Shown piece after piece: positions 29,153-38,866 of a stretch of DNA of 64,000 bases (position 1 is its first letter; each line of letters begins with the position of its first letter). The notes beneath the pieces are model-generated. The model saw nothing but the letters and a program-made list of their open reading frames with translations. It was not told the DNA's origin and did no database searches. The stretch spans positions 352,001-416,000 of the forward strand of contig CBDCMT010000001.1 of assembly GCA_965219095.1 (NCBI GenBank). Reading direction: 5' to 3'. The position numbers were made by a program, and so were the translations under genes. This DNA comes from Bdellovibrionales bacterium. Its GTDB lineage: Bacteria; Bdellovibrionota; Bdellovibrionia; Bdellovibrionales; UBA1609.

Positions 29153-29289
29153 TTACTCGATTTGCAAAACCTCTCAGAAAGAGATTTAATAACTGATGAA
29201 GTGTAGAGACCTCTCATCCCACCTCCATCTAAAGAGAGAACTCTGTAAGGCTTTAGACATTCATTGCCTTTTCTCTCATTATTCATCAT
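29153..29289 (-). pseudogene. Patatin-like phospholipase (CapV-like) N-terminal remnant
   Basis: GGAGG + ATG: MMNNERKGNECLKPYRVLSLDGGGMRGLYTSSVIKSLSERF contains the patatin DGGGxRG loop; cut by an IS end at about 29151. Confidence 0.75.
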
Positions 29290-29414
29290 GCTGCTTCCTC
29301 CTACTATAGGCTATATTTCTCTAGAAAAGCCATAAATTTTTCTTGAAATATCAATCTTTTTGTCATAACATAAATTATAGTATAAATAGGCTGTAAAGTC
29401 AAGGAAAAACTAAT

Positions 29415-31211
29415 ATGCAAGGTAAGTTATTAGAAATACGAAAGAAACTAGGTCTTAGCCAAGAAGAGTTAGCATTTAGGTTGGGGGTCTCTTTCGCCAC
29501 TGTCAACCGCTGGGAGAATAAAAAAACTGCCATTAGAAAATCTGCCAAAGAAAAAATAGAAGAGCTATACAGAGAAGTATCTCATATAGATGAAAATGTG
29601 GAAACAGAGATGAGCACAAAAAGAACAAAAAGGGGGGTCCATAAAAGCTCAATTCTAAGCAATAAATCTATGGAGCAAATGCTCTGGAATGCCGCCTGCT
29701 CTATTAGGGGAGAAAAAGATGCTCCTAAATTCAAAGACTATATTTTGCCTCTACTCTTTATAAAACGCCTGTCTGATGTTTTTGATGATGAAGTAAAGAA
29801 AATTACTGAAGAATTTGGAGATAAAAAAACGGCTTTAAAAATGATTAAAATAGATAGGTCTCTTGTTCGCTTCTATATTCCAAACGAAGCACATTGGTCA
29901 GTAATTAGCGGAAAAGAATCTTTTAAATGGCCAAAGGACAAGCAACCTCACAGCTTAGGAGAGCAGCTCACTCTCACCATGCGATCCATTGTAAAAGCTA
30001 ACCCCAAACACAACCTTAGTGGGGTGATTGATCTTGTGGATTACAATGCTACCCAACAAGGGGAAAGAGAAATTAGTGATGCTGCCTTAAGAGGTATTAT
30101 AGAGGCTTTTTCCGATTCGATGTATCGTCTGGGCTTGCAAGACGTAGAGCCTGATTTTTTAGGTAGAGCCTATGAATTCTTGCTTAGAAAATTTGCTGAA
30201 GAAAGTGGGCAGACAGCAGGGGAGTTTTTCACTCCCCGTGAAGTAGGCTTTATTATGGCCAAAATACTCCGTCCTAAAGGTGGAGAAACAGCCTATGACT
30301 ATGCTTGTGGCTCTTTTGGTCTCTTAGTAAAATTGCAGATTGTTCTTAAAGACTCTAACCCTTTAAATAGGCTTCCTCTGAAACTTTATGGGCAAGAGTT
30401 AAATAAAGATAATTTTGCATTAGGTTCTATGAATAAAATCCTTCATGACAGTGATGGAGAAATTCAAAGAGGAGACTCTATGGTAAACCCTAAGTTTAGG
30501 GAAAAAGATGGGAGTCTTAAAACTTTTGACATAGTAATAGCTAATCCCATGTGGAATCAGCCCTTTGAAACATCGATTTATGAAAATGATCCTTTTGAGA
30601 GATTTGAAAATCATGGTGGCTTTACTTCAGGAAAAGGAGACTGGGCTTGGCTTCAAAATACCGTAGCCTCTCTTAACTCCAAAGGAAGAGCGGCTGTTGT
30701 TTTAGATACTGGTGCTGTAACTCAAGGAAGCGGCTCAAAACATGATGATAAAGAAAAAATGATTAGAAAATGGTTTGTAGAAAAAGATTTAATAGAAGGA
30801 GTTCTTTTATTTCCTGAAAACCTTTTTTACAACACTTCAGCGTCTGGAATTATTGTTTTCTTAACCAAAAATAAGCCAAAAAATAAAAAAGATAAAATCA
30901 CTTTATTAAATGCTAGTAAAGAGTTTTACAAGGGAAGACCAAAGAATCATATCTCAGAAGAGAGTATTGAGAGAATAGCTAAAGCTTTTATAAAAGGAGA
31001 AGATGAGGAAAAGTTTGTAAAAGTTATTACAAAAAAAGAAGCTGAAAAAAACGATTACAATCTCTCTCCCTCGCGTTTCATCAGCTTAGCTGATGCTGAA
31101 ACTTATAGAGAAATTCCAGAGGTGCTAGATGAGCTTAAGGCATTAAGATCAAAATCTAAAAAAATAGATAAAGAGTTAAGCGAAATAATGTCCAAAATAG
31201 ATTTAAAATAA
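29415..31211 (+). CDS. hsdM: Type I R-M methyltransferase with N-terminal XRE HTH
   Basis: LSQEELAFRLGVSFATVNRWE HTH; GEFFTPREV, YDYACGS, ANPMW. Confidence 0.93.
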   Translation: MQGKLLEIRKKLGLSQEELAFRLGVSFATVNRWENKKTAIRKSAKEKIEELYREVSHIDENVETEMSTKRTKRGVHKSSILSNKSMEQMLWNAACSIRGEKDAPKFKDYILPLLFIKRLSDVFDDEVKKITEEFGDKKTALKMIKIDRSLVRFYIPNEAHWSVISGKESFKWPKDKQPHSLGEQLTLTMRSIVKANPKHNLSGVIDLVDYNATQQGEREISDAALRGIIEAFSDSMYRLGLQDVEPDFLGRAYEFLLRKFAEESGQTAGEFFTPREVGFIMAKILRPKGGETAYDYACGSFGLLVKLQIVLKDSNPLNRLPLKLYGQELNKDNFALGSMNKILHDSDGEIQRGDSMVNPKFREKDGSLKTFDIVIANPMWNQPFETSIYENDPFERFENHGGFTSGKGDWAWLQNTVASLNSKGRAAVVLDTGAVTQGSGSKHDDKEKMIRKWFVEKDLIEGVLLFPENLFYNTSASGIIVFLTKNKPKNKKDKITLLNASKEFYKGRPKNHISEESIERIAKAFIKGEDEEKFVKVITKKEAEKNDYNLSPSRFISLADAETYREIPEVLDELKALRSKSKKIDKELSEIMSKIDLK

Positions 31212-31232
31212 CTTTTTATAGAGGGTGTTTAT

Positions 31233-32093
31233 ATGAAGAAAAACTTGGAAGCAAAAAATAAAACCGTTCTGTTTCAAAGCCATAAGATCAGAAGGGCTTG
31301 GCATAATAATGAGTGGTATTACTCTGTGGTGGATATTGTAGAGGTTTTGACAGATAGCACTAATCCAACAGATTATTTAAGAAAAATTCGCAAGAGAGAT
31401 ATTGAACTAAAGGGCTACCTTGGGACAAATTGTCCCAAGGTAGAAATGATGACTGATAGTGGTAAGAAAAGGAAGATTCTAGCCGGAAATGCTAAAGATG
31501 TCCTCCGTCTTATCCAATCCATCCCCAGTAAAAAAGCCGAGCCATTTAAATTGTGGCTGGCCCAAGTAGGAAAAGAAAGACTAGATGAGATAGAAAACCC
31601 TGAACTAGCTCAGGAAAGAATGAAATCTCTTTATGAAAAAAAGGGCTATCCTAAAGACTGGATTGATAAGCGTCTAAGGGGCATTGCCATTCGTCAAAAC
31701 CTTACAGATGAATGGAAAGAGCGGGGAATTACCTCTGACAAAGGCTACTCTATTTTAACCGCCGAAATATCCAAAGCTACTTTTGGAATGACCCCAAACA
31801 CATACAAAAGCTTTAAAGGGATACCTAAAACTTCAAAAGCCAATCTCAGGGATAATATGAACGATCTAGAGTTAATTTTTACTATGCTTGGTGAAAAAGT
31901 CACAACTGAAATTTCTAAAAAAGAAAAGCCAAAGGATATGCCTGAAAATAAAAAAGTAGCACGCCGAGGTGGCTCTGTCGCTGGAAAGGCAAGAAAAGAA
32001 ACTGAAAAAGAATTAGGGAGAAGTGTTATTTCAAGAGAAAACTACTTAAGTAATACTAAGCGATTAAACTCTAAAAAGAGAAATAAAAAATGA
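31233..32093 (+). CDS. Bro-N domain protein (antirepressor/DinD-like)
   Basis: IRRAWHNNEWYYSVVDIVEVL; RLIQSIPSKKAEPFKLWLA; NLRDNM.DLELIF. Confidence 0.85.
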   Translation: MKKNLEAKNKTVLFQSHKIRRAWHNNEWYYSVVDIVEVLTDSTNPTDYLRKIRKRDIELKGYLGTNCPKVEMMTDSGKKRKILAGNAKDVLRLIQSIPSKKAEPFKLWLAQVGKERLDEIENPELAQERMKSLYEKKGYPKDWIDKRLRGIAIRQNLTDEWKERGITSDKGYSILTAEISKATFGMTPNTYKSFKGIPKTSKANLRDNMNDLELIFTMLGEKVTTEISKKEKPKDMPENKKVARRGGSVAGKARKETEKELGRSVISRENYLSNTKRLNSKKRNKK

Positions 32094-33382
32094 AAGAAGA
32101 AAAAACAAAAATGACAGAGATTGGAGAGATTCCTGAGAGTTGGGAAGTTGAGAGCTTTTCAAATCTATGTAGCTTTTCGGCAGGAAGAACTCCTGCAAGA
32201 AATATAAAAAAGTATTGGGATGATGGAAACTTTCCATGGCTTACTATAGCTGACATGAAGCAAGGTCAAATTATTTTAAAGACAAAGGAAAAAGTATCAC
32301 AACGAGCTATGACAGAATGTTTTAGAAAAAATTATGTGAAAAAAGGGACGTTATTGATGAGTTTTAAATTAACTATAGGCAGAACTTGTTTTGCAGGTTG
32401 TGACCTTGTTCATAACGAGGCCATCATTTCTATTCATCCTCAAAAAGAGTTAAATAAAATGTTTATTAGCTACTATCTACCTAATATAGACTATAAAGAA
32501 TATCAAGATCGCCAGATTAAGGGGAACACTTTAAATAGAGAAAAAATAAGCAGAATCAAAATCCCCCTCCCCCCTCTTCCTGAACAAGAAAAAATTGCAA
32601 CGGTTCTTAATAAAATTCAAAGAAGTATCGAAATGAAAGATAAGCTTATTAAGGCAACTCAAGAACTAAAAAAATCTACAATGAAGCATCTTTTTACCTA
32701 CGGAACAAAAAAAGAAAAAACAAAAATGACAGAGATTGGAGAGATTCCTGAGAGTTGGGAGATATCAAATATTGATAATCAATTTGATCTAAAACAGGGC
32801 AAATCACTATCTTCAAAAAATCAAATAGGTAACTATCTAAAACCGTTTCTTAGAACATCTAATGTTTTTTGGGGTTATTTAAACTTGCTAAAAGTAGATG
32901 AGATGGACATTCCTTTAAAAGATAGAGGTGTCCTTGTACTTAGGTATGGAGATTTACTAGTCTGTGAGGGAGGAGATATTGGCAGAACAGCTATTTGGAG
33001 TGAAGAGTTGAGAGAATGTTATTTTCAAAATCACATACATAGATTGAGAGTTAAAAATAAAAAAGAAACTTTTTCACTCTTTTATATGTATTGGTTAGAT
33101 GTTGGAATAAGATTGCTTAAAGTATATGGTACTTTTGGAAATCGTACTACTATTCCAAATTTATCGGGAAAGAGGCTACTTGAATTCCTAATTCCCCTAC
33201 CTCCACTTCCTGAACAAAAAAAAATTGCCTCAATTCTTTCAAAAATAGATGAAAGAATTAAAAATTATGAGGAACAAAAGACAAGCCTCAAGGCCCTCTT
33301 TAAATCTATGCTTAATAAACTTATGACAGGACAAATTAGAGTTCACAATTTAAATATAGACACTTCGGAGGTAGAAAAATGA
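32090..33382 (+). CDS. hsdS: Type I R-M specificity subunit
   Basis: Two TRDs flanked by TEIGEIPESWE and IPLPPLPEQ.KIA repeats. Confidence 0.95.
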   Translation: MKEEKTKMTEIGEIPESWEVESFSNLCSFSAGRTPARNIKKYWDDGNFPWLTIADMKQGQIILKTKEKVSQRAMTECFRKNYVKKGTLLMSFKLTIGRTCFAGCDLVHNEAIISIHPQKELNKMFISYYLPNIDYKEYQDRQIKGNTLNREKISRIKIPLPPLPEQEKIATVLNKIQRSIEMKDKLIKATQELKKSTMKHLFTYGTKKEKTKMTEIGEIPESWEISNIDNQFDLKQGKSLSSKNQIGNYLKPFLRTSNVFWGYLNLLKVDEMDIPLKDRGVLVLRYGDLLVCEGGDIGRTAIWSEELRECYFQNHIHRLRVKNKKETFSLFYMYWLDVGIRLLKVYGTFGNRTTIPNLSGKRLLEFLIPLPPLPEQKKIASILSKIDERIKNYEEQKTSLKALFKSMLNKLMTGQIRVHNLNIDTSEVEK

Positions 33383-34422
33383 AAAAGCAACAAAGTCTAA
33401 AAGCTCAAAATAAAGGCCAAATAGTCATCTACACCCCAAAGGGTAGAAAAAAGGGGATTCAAGTCAAATTAGAGCCTGAGAAAGAGACCATTTGGTTATC
33501 TCTTGATCAGATAGCCCAGCTTTTCAATAGAGATAAGGGGGTTGTTTCTAGACATCTAAAAAACATCTATGATTCTAGGGAGTTATCTAAGAATTCAACT
33601 GTTGCAAAAAATGCAACAGTTCAAATTGAAGGGGGCCGCAAGATCACAAGAAATATTGAGTATTACAATTTAGACGCTATCCTCTCAGTAGGCTACAGAG
33701 TCAACTCCAAGCAGGGGGTAGCTTTTCGTATTTGGGCCACAAAAACCTTAAAAGAATACCTTGTAAAGGGCTATGCTTTAAATGAAAAAAGACTTAAAGA
33801 ACGAGAGGACACACTTAAAGACTTAGAAAAAACTATGGGCTTTATGAAAAGTCTTTTGCAAGAAAGAAAGCTTAGCTCAGATGAAAGCTCAAGCCTCCTC
33901 CACGTAATTACAGATTACTCCTATGCCATTGCCACGTTAGATGCTTATGATCATAAAACTTTAAAAATTGAAAAAGTCTCTACTAAAAAAGGTGAAGTCA
34001 TTGATTACGAAAAAGCCTTAAAGGTTATTTCTCAACTTAAAATTGAGCTTATTAAGAAAAAACAAGCTACAGAACTTTTTGGAAAAGAAAGGCAAAGTGG
34101 TCAATTTGAAAGCTCTCTAAATACAATTTATCAAACCTTTGGAGGAAAAGATCTCTATCCAAGTCTTGAAGAAAAAGCTGCTAACCTTTTATATCTTATT
34201 ATAAAAAATCACCCATTTATAGATGGCAATAAAAGGTCAGGGGCTTTTTTATTTATTTGGTTTTTAGAGATAAATAAAATTCTTTACACAAAAGATGGCT
34301 CTAAAAGAATTGCCGATAACGCTTTAATTTCCTTAGCTCTTCTTGTTGCTGAAAGTAAATCTCAGGATAAAGATATTGTCATTAGCCTCATTGTAAATTT
34401 AATCAACAAAAGGAATACATAA
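33379..34422 (+). CDS. RhuM-Fic/Doc fusion protein
   Basis: RhuM-like YNLDAILSVGYRVNS..G..FRIWA; Fic motif HPFIDGNKRSG. Confidence 0.88.
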   Translation: MKKQQSLKAQNKGQIVIYTPKGRKKGIQVKLEPEKETIWLSLDQIAQLFNRDKGVVSRHLKNIYDSRELSKNSTVAKNATVQIEGGRKITRNIEYYNLDAILSVGYRVNSKQGVAFRIWATKTLKEYLVKGYALNEKRLKEREDTLKDLEKTMGFMKSLLQERKLSSDESSSLLHVITDYSYAIATLDAYDHKTLKIEKVSTKKGEVIDYEKALKVISQLKIELIKKKQATELFGKERQSGQFESSLNTIYQTFGGKDLYPSLEEKAANLLYLIIKNHPFIDGNKRSGAFLFIWFLEINKILYTKDGSKRIADNALISLALLVAESKSQDKDIVISLIVNLINKRNT

Positions 34423-34424
34423 TA

Positions 34425-37364
34425 ATGTCAAGATTGGTCACAGAGAAGAAAGTAGTCCAAGAACCTTTTTTGAAATATGCCGATAAAGCAGGTTGGAAAG
34501 TTATTTCACAAGAAGATGCCCTTTCTTATCGAAGAGGAGAAGAAGGCAAGTTTTTCTATGATATATTAGAAAAAAATCTTATCAAACTCAATGAAGACCT
34601 TCTAAGTAAAGAAAACATACAAGAAATTGTACAAAAGCTAGAAGCCATCCCCGATACTCTTGAGGGTAACAAACAAGTTCTAGATTGGCTTAGAGGACAA
34701 AAAACATTTTATGATATAAAAGAAAAAAGAAATAGAAATGTAAAAGTCATTGATTTTGAAAGCTTTGAAAACAATGACTTTTTTGTGACAGAAGAATGGT
34801 CTCAAGTTGGAGTTTCAGGAAAAACTAATAGGGCAGATATAATGCTTCTTATCAATGGCATACCTATTGCTATTATAGAAAACAAAAACTCTAAAAAAAT
34901 AGATGCTATGGAAGAAGCCATAGTACAGCTTAATCGCTACGAGAGAGAAACTCCTGAAATTATCTCTTGCTCTCAAATTTTTAATATAACTCATTTAATT
35001 GAGTATTTTTATGGAGTAACATGGAATTACTCTAGGAAGAATATCTTTAACTGGAAAAAAGAAATTTCAGACAAGAGAGAAAGAAATATTACACTAGAAG
35101 AAGCTATAAAAACTTTTTTTAAAAAAGGAGACTTTTTAATTCTAATAAAAGAGTGGATTTTATTTTTTAATAAAGATAATGAGCTTCAAAAAACAGTCTT
35201 AAAACAACATCAAACAAGAGCTATAGATAAAATTTATAATAGATGTATGGAAGAAAATAAAAATCGAGGTCTTATTTGGCATACTCAAGGCTCAGGAAAG
35301 ACCTTTACCATGATTGCTTCAGCACGTAAGATTTTAGAAAAATACCCTAACGCTACTGTTATGATGATTATTGATAGAAATGAGTTAGAGGGTCAGCTTT
35401 CTGGGTGGATTGATTCTTTAATCGGTGAAAGTCAGCAGAGCCAACAGACTATTCCTATTAGACAAGCTAGATCTGAAAAAGAACTGCAACAACTTTTAGG
35501 ATCAGATTTTCGAGGCTTAATTATTTCAATGATCCACAAATTTAACGAAATAAAAAAGGACAGTTGTACGAGAGATGATTTTTATATCTTAATTGACGAA
35601 GCTCATAGGTCTGTAAATAAAGACTTAGGAACATGTCTTATGGCAGCTCTTCCAAATGCTACTATTTTTGGCTTTACTGGAACTCCAATAGATAGAATTT
35701 CTTATGGCAAGGGAACTTTTAAAATCTTTGGAAAAGATGATAAGAAGGGCTATCTTGATAAGTATTCTATTCAAGAATCGATTGGGGATGGCACAACTCT
35801 AAAACTTAGACATACTATTGTGTCTAACCAAATGAGACTTTCTGATGAACTTTTGGAAACTGAGTTTTTAGCTCAAGCAGAAAGTGAAGGAATTAGTGAT
35901 GTAGAGGATTTAAATAAAGTACTGAAGAAAGCTGTAAAGCTTAAAACTTTTTTAAAATCTAATGAAAGAGTAAAAAAAGTAACAGAATATATAGTTAAAC
36001 ATTTTAGAGAAAATGTTGAGCCACTTGGTTATAAAGCTTTTATCGTTGCAGTGGATAGAGAAGCTTGTACTCTCTATAAAAAGAATTTAGATAAACACTT
36101 ACCAGAAGAATACTCTCAAATTGTCTATTCAAAAGGACTTAATGACTCAAGAGAGCTTTCTAAATATACAATTTCAGATGACAAAGAACAGCAAATAAGA
36201 AAAAGTTTTAAAAAACAAGGTTTTGATCCTAAAATTTTAATTGTGACAGATAAACTACTAACTGGTTATGATGCTCCGATTCTTTATTGTATGTATTTAG
36301 ATAAACCAATGAGAGATCATGTTCTCTTGCAAGCTATTGCAAGAGTTAACCGACCTTACGAAGATAATAGGGGCATACAAAAACCATGTGGTCTTATTAT
36401 GGACTTTATTGGAATTTTTAAAAATATGAAAAAAGCTCTTTCTTTTGATTCCGATGAAGTAACAGCTGTGATTGAAGATTTAGAGCTTTTGTTTAATAAA
36501 TTTAAAGATGTTATAGAAAAAGATTTTAACTATTTACCTCTTTCCTCTTCAATGGAAGGAGGGGATAAAAAAATAGAAAAAATCATATACGAAGATTTTT
36601 CCAACCTAGAAAAAAGAAAAGATTTCATAAAAAAAGTAAAGGAGCTTGAGGCTTTTTATGAGATACTATCCCCTGATCAAAGACTACACCCTTATTTACC
36701 AAGGTATCAAAGGATTATAGAAATTTATAAGCTCTTAATAAATGCTTATCGTGAGAAAAGTAAATTTTTGGGTAGTCTATCAAAGAAAACTGAAAAATTG
36801 ATCCGAGAAAAATCTAAAATCAATAATTTTAATATCGGAAAAACCTTTGATATCAATACTGAAACTTTAAAGAAAATAAAAGAAGATCAAGAAAGTGCTG
36901 ATTCTGTGAAAATTATGAACTTAATAAAAACCATTTTAGAAACTGCCGAAAAAGAAAAAAACGAAAATCCTGTTCTTATTTCTATAGAAGAAAAAGCTAA
37001 CTCTATTTTAGAAAATTTCAAAGAAAAGCAAGAAGAATCAAAAAAATTTTTAGAAGAGCTTTTAAAGTTATCTTGTGAAATAATAGATAGCAGAGAGAAT
37101 AAAAAAAATCTAGGAATGGAAAAAGATGTGTTTTTAATTTATTGGCTGCTTTCAAAATATAAACTAGAGAATTCCAAAACTCTAGCATCAGAGATTGATA
37201 GCTCATTTAAAAAGTTTCAACATTTTAATAGTAACTCTGAAGAATTGAGACAGCTTAAAATTAATCTTTATAGAACGCTTATTTCTTTAATGGATGAAGA
37301 AAAAATGATTAAATTAACTGAAGTTTTAATAAAATCAAGGAGAAAGATATATGAAAGTGGATGA
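34425..37364 (+). CDS. hsdR: Type I R-M restriction subunit
   Basis: RADIMLLINGIPIAIIENK, HTQGSGKT, DEAHRS, FTGTP, LLTGYDAP, QAIARVNR. Confidence 0.95.
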   Translation: MSRLVTEKKVVQEPFLKYADKAGWKVISQEDALSYRRGEEGKFFYDILEKNLIKLNEDLLSKENIQEIVQKLEAIPDTLEGNKQVLDWLRGQKTFYDIKEKRNRNVKVIDFESFENNDFFVTEEWSQVGVSGKTNRADIMLLINGIPIAIIENKNSKKIDAMEEAIVQLNRYERETPEIISCSQIFNITHLIEYFYGVTWNYSRKNIFNWKKEISDKRERNITLEEAIKTFFKKGDFLILIKEWILFFNKDNELQKTVLKQHQTRAIDKIYNRCMEENKNRGLIWHTQGSGKTFTMIASARKILEKYPNATVMMIIDRNELEGQLSGWIDSLIGESQQSQQTIPIRQARSEKELQQLLGSDFRGLIISMIHKFNEIKKDSCTRDDFYILIDEAHRSVNKDLGTCLMAALPNATIFGFTGTPIDRISYGKGTFKIFGKDDKKGYLDKYSIQESIGDGTTLKLRHTIVSNQMRLSDELLETEFLAQAESEGISDVEDLNKVLKKAVKLKTFLKSNERVKKVTEYIVKHFRENVEPLGYKAFIVAVDREACTLYKKNLDKHLPEEYSQIVYSKGLNDSRELSKYTISDDKEQQIRKSFKKQGFDPKILIVTDKLLTGYDAPILYCMYLDKPMRDHVLLQAIARVNRPYEDNRGIQKPCGLIMDFIGIFKNMKKALSFDSDEVTAVIEDLELLFNKFKDVIEKDFNYLPLSSSMEGGDKKIEKIIYEDFSNLEKRKDFIKKVKELEAFYEILSPDQRLHPYLPRYQRIIEIYKLLINAYREKSKFLGSLSKKTEKLIREKSKINNFNIGKTFDINTETLKKIKEDQESADSVKIMNLIKTILETAEKEKNENPVLISIEEKANSILENFKEKQEESKKFLEELLKLSCEIIDSRENKKNLGMEKDVFLIYWLLSKYKLENSKTLASEIDSSFKKFQHFNSNSEELRQLKINLYRTLISLMDEEKMIKLTEVLIKSRRKIYESG

Positions 37365-37671
37365 ATTAGAAAAAAAATTTAGAAACAGAGTAAAGGCTTG
37401 GTCAAAAAAAATGAGGGTATTCCCTTATGATGTTCGCTTAGAGAGAATGAGGAAAAAATGGGGTTACTGTACTTCAGAAAAAAATGTAAATTTTAATAGT
37501 GAACTCTTGTTTATGGATGAGGCAATTCAAGATTTTGTAATTGTCCATGAACTTCTACACTTAAAAGTGTCAAACCATGGGAAATTGTTCAAATCTCTCA
37601 TGTCAATACATCTTCCTGATTGGAAGAAGGCTGAAAAAAAGCTATCTAAACAGGTTTCGGTTTCTATTTAA
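37351..37671 (+). CDS. Short YgjP/DUF45 (M48-like) metallopeptidase
   Basis: KKWGYC, HELLH (HExxH), NHGKLF; usual position after hsdR. Confidence 0.8.
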   Translation: MKVDELEKKFRNRVKAWSKKMRVFPYDVRLERMRKKWGYCTSEKNVNFNSELLFMDEAIQDFVIVHELLHLKVSNHGKLFKSLMSIHLPDWKKAEKKLSKQVSVSI

Positions 37672-37675
37672 GATA

Positions 37676-38364
37676 TATAGTGCTTCCGCTTAGGTTTTCA
37701 GTTTTTTTTGAGTTGAAGTCTAGTTTTTATTCTAAGGCCTTGATAAAAAGTCATTTATTTTTAAAAATAGTTTCATATGTCAGGGTTTCTATCAAAAAAA
37801 GAGCGAAAAGATTTACTCTATGAACTATCTCTAGAGAAAAATCTTAAATACGTAAAAAGGATTATGACAATTCTCCATTTAGATAAAGGTGAGTTGTGTA
37901 AAGATATTTCCCGTTTTCTTTTCATTGATGAGGGCACGATAAGAGCCTGTAGAGATCGTTATAACAAAGGCGGGATAGAGTGCTTAATCAACGACAATTA
38001 CAACCCTAAAAGGTCCTTTTTAACTAAGAAAGAGGAGAAAATGCTTTTAAAGGAGTTAGAAAAAAGAATTTTTCCGTCATCACAGTCTGTTATTCAGTTC
38101 ATTGAGGAGAATTTTGGTATTACGTACTCAACAAGTGGTGCGATTGATCTTCTCCATCGCCTTGGTTTTTCTTATAAAAAAGCCACAGCGATACCGGGCA
38201 AAGCGAAGAGAGAAGAGCAGAAAAAGTTTGTGCGTAAATACAAGAGAATTAAGAAGAAGGGTGGTCTTGTTTACTTTGCTGATTCCACACATCCTGAGTG
38301 GGGCCCTGCGATTTCATATGGTTGGATAAGAGAGGGTAAGAAGTTTGAAGTGAAGACCAACTCA
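37676..38364 (+). mobile_element. IS630-A copy 2, 3'-truncated
   Basis: Left TIR at 37676 and ORF from 37777; identity to copy 1 ends at GACCAACTCA, where another IS end begins. Confidence 0.9.
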
Positions 38365-38866
38365 CCTGAGTTCGTGCTCAAAAATGTACACTACAGACGG
38401 ACGTTTTCTTGACAAGACTTTTTCCAATAGATCTTAGTATTTTTTCCTGAACTTTATTCAAAGCTACTGTTTTGATAAGTCTAGTTTTATTTTTTCGGTC
38501 ATATTTAGAATTGAAAGTATCAGACAAGATAAATAGCATATAAAGACATGTGATTGAACTCTGTTGTAAAGCCAATGACGAATTGGTCTCAAATTTGTTA
38601 TTCCCTTTAAGGTCCTAAAAAATTTTTCGATTACCTCTTTCTTATAGTACAAATTAACAATATCTTTTGCAGAGATCTTTTTTGTAGAAAATATACAAGA
38701 GTAACCATCAAACTCAGATTCTAAATTCAACCGATCTCTCCTTAATCTTCCTGTTGGAGTAAGGTATTTTTCCAAACCTGGTTTTATATTTTTAGACAAA
38801 AGAATTTGTGCGTTTGCAATTTCGTCCAAACGAGATTCTCTTATATCTAAAGCTCTCCTTTGATTA

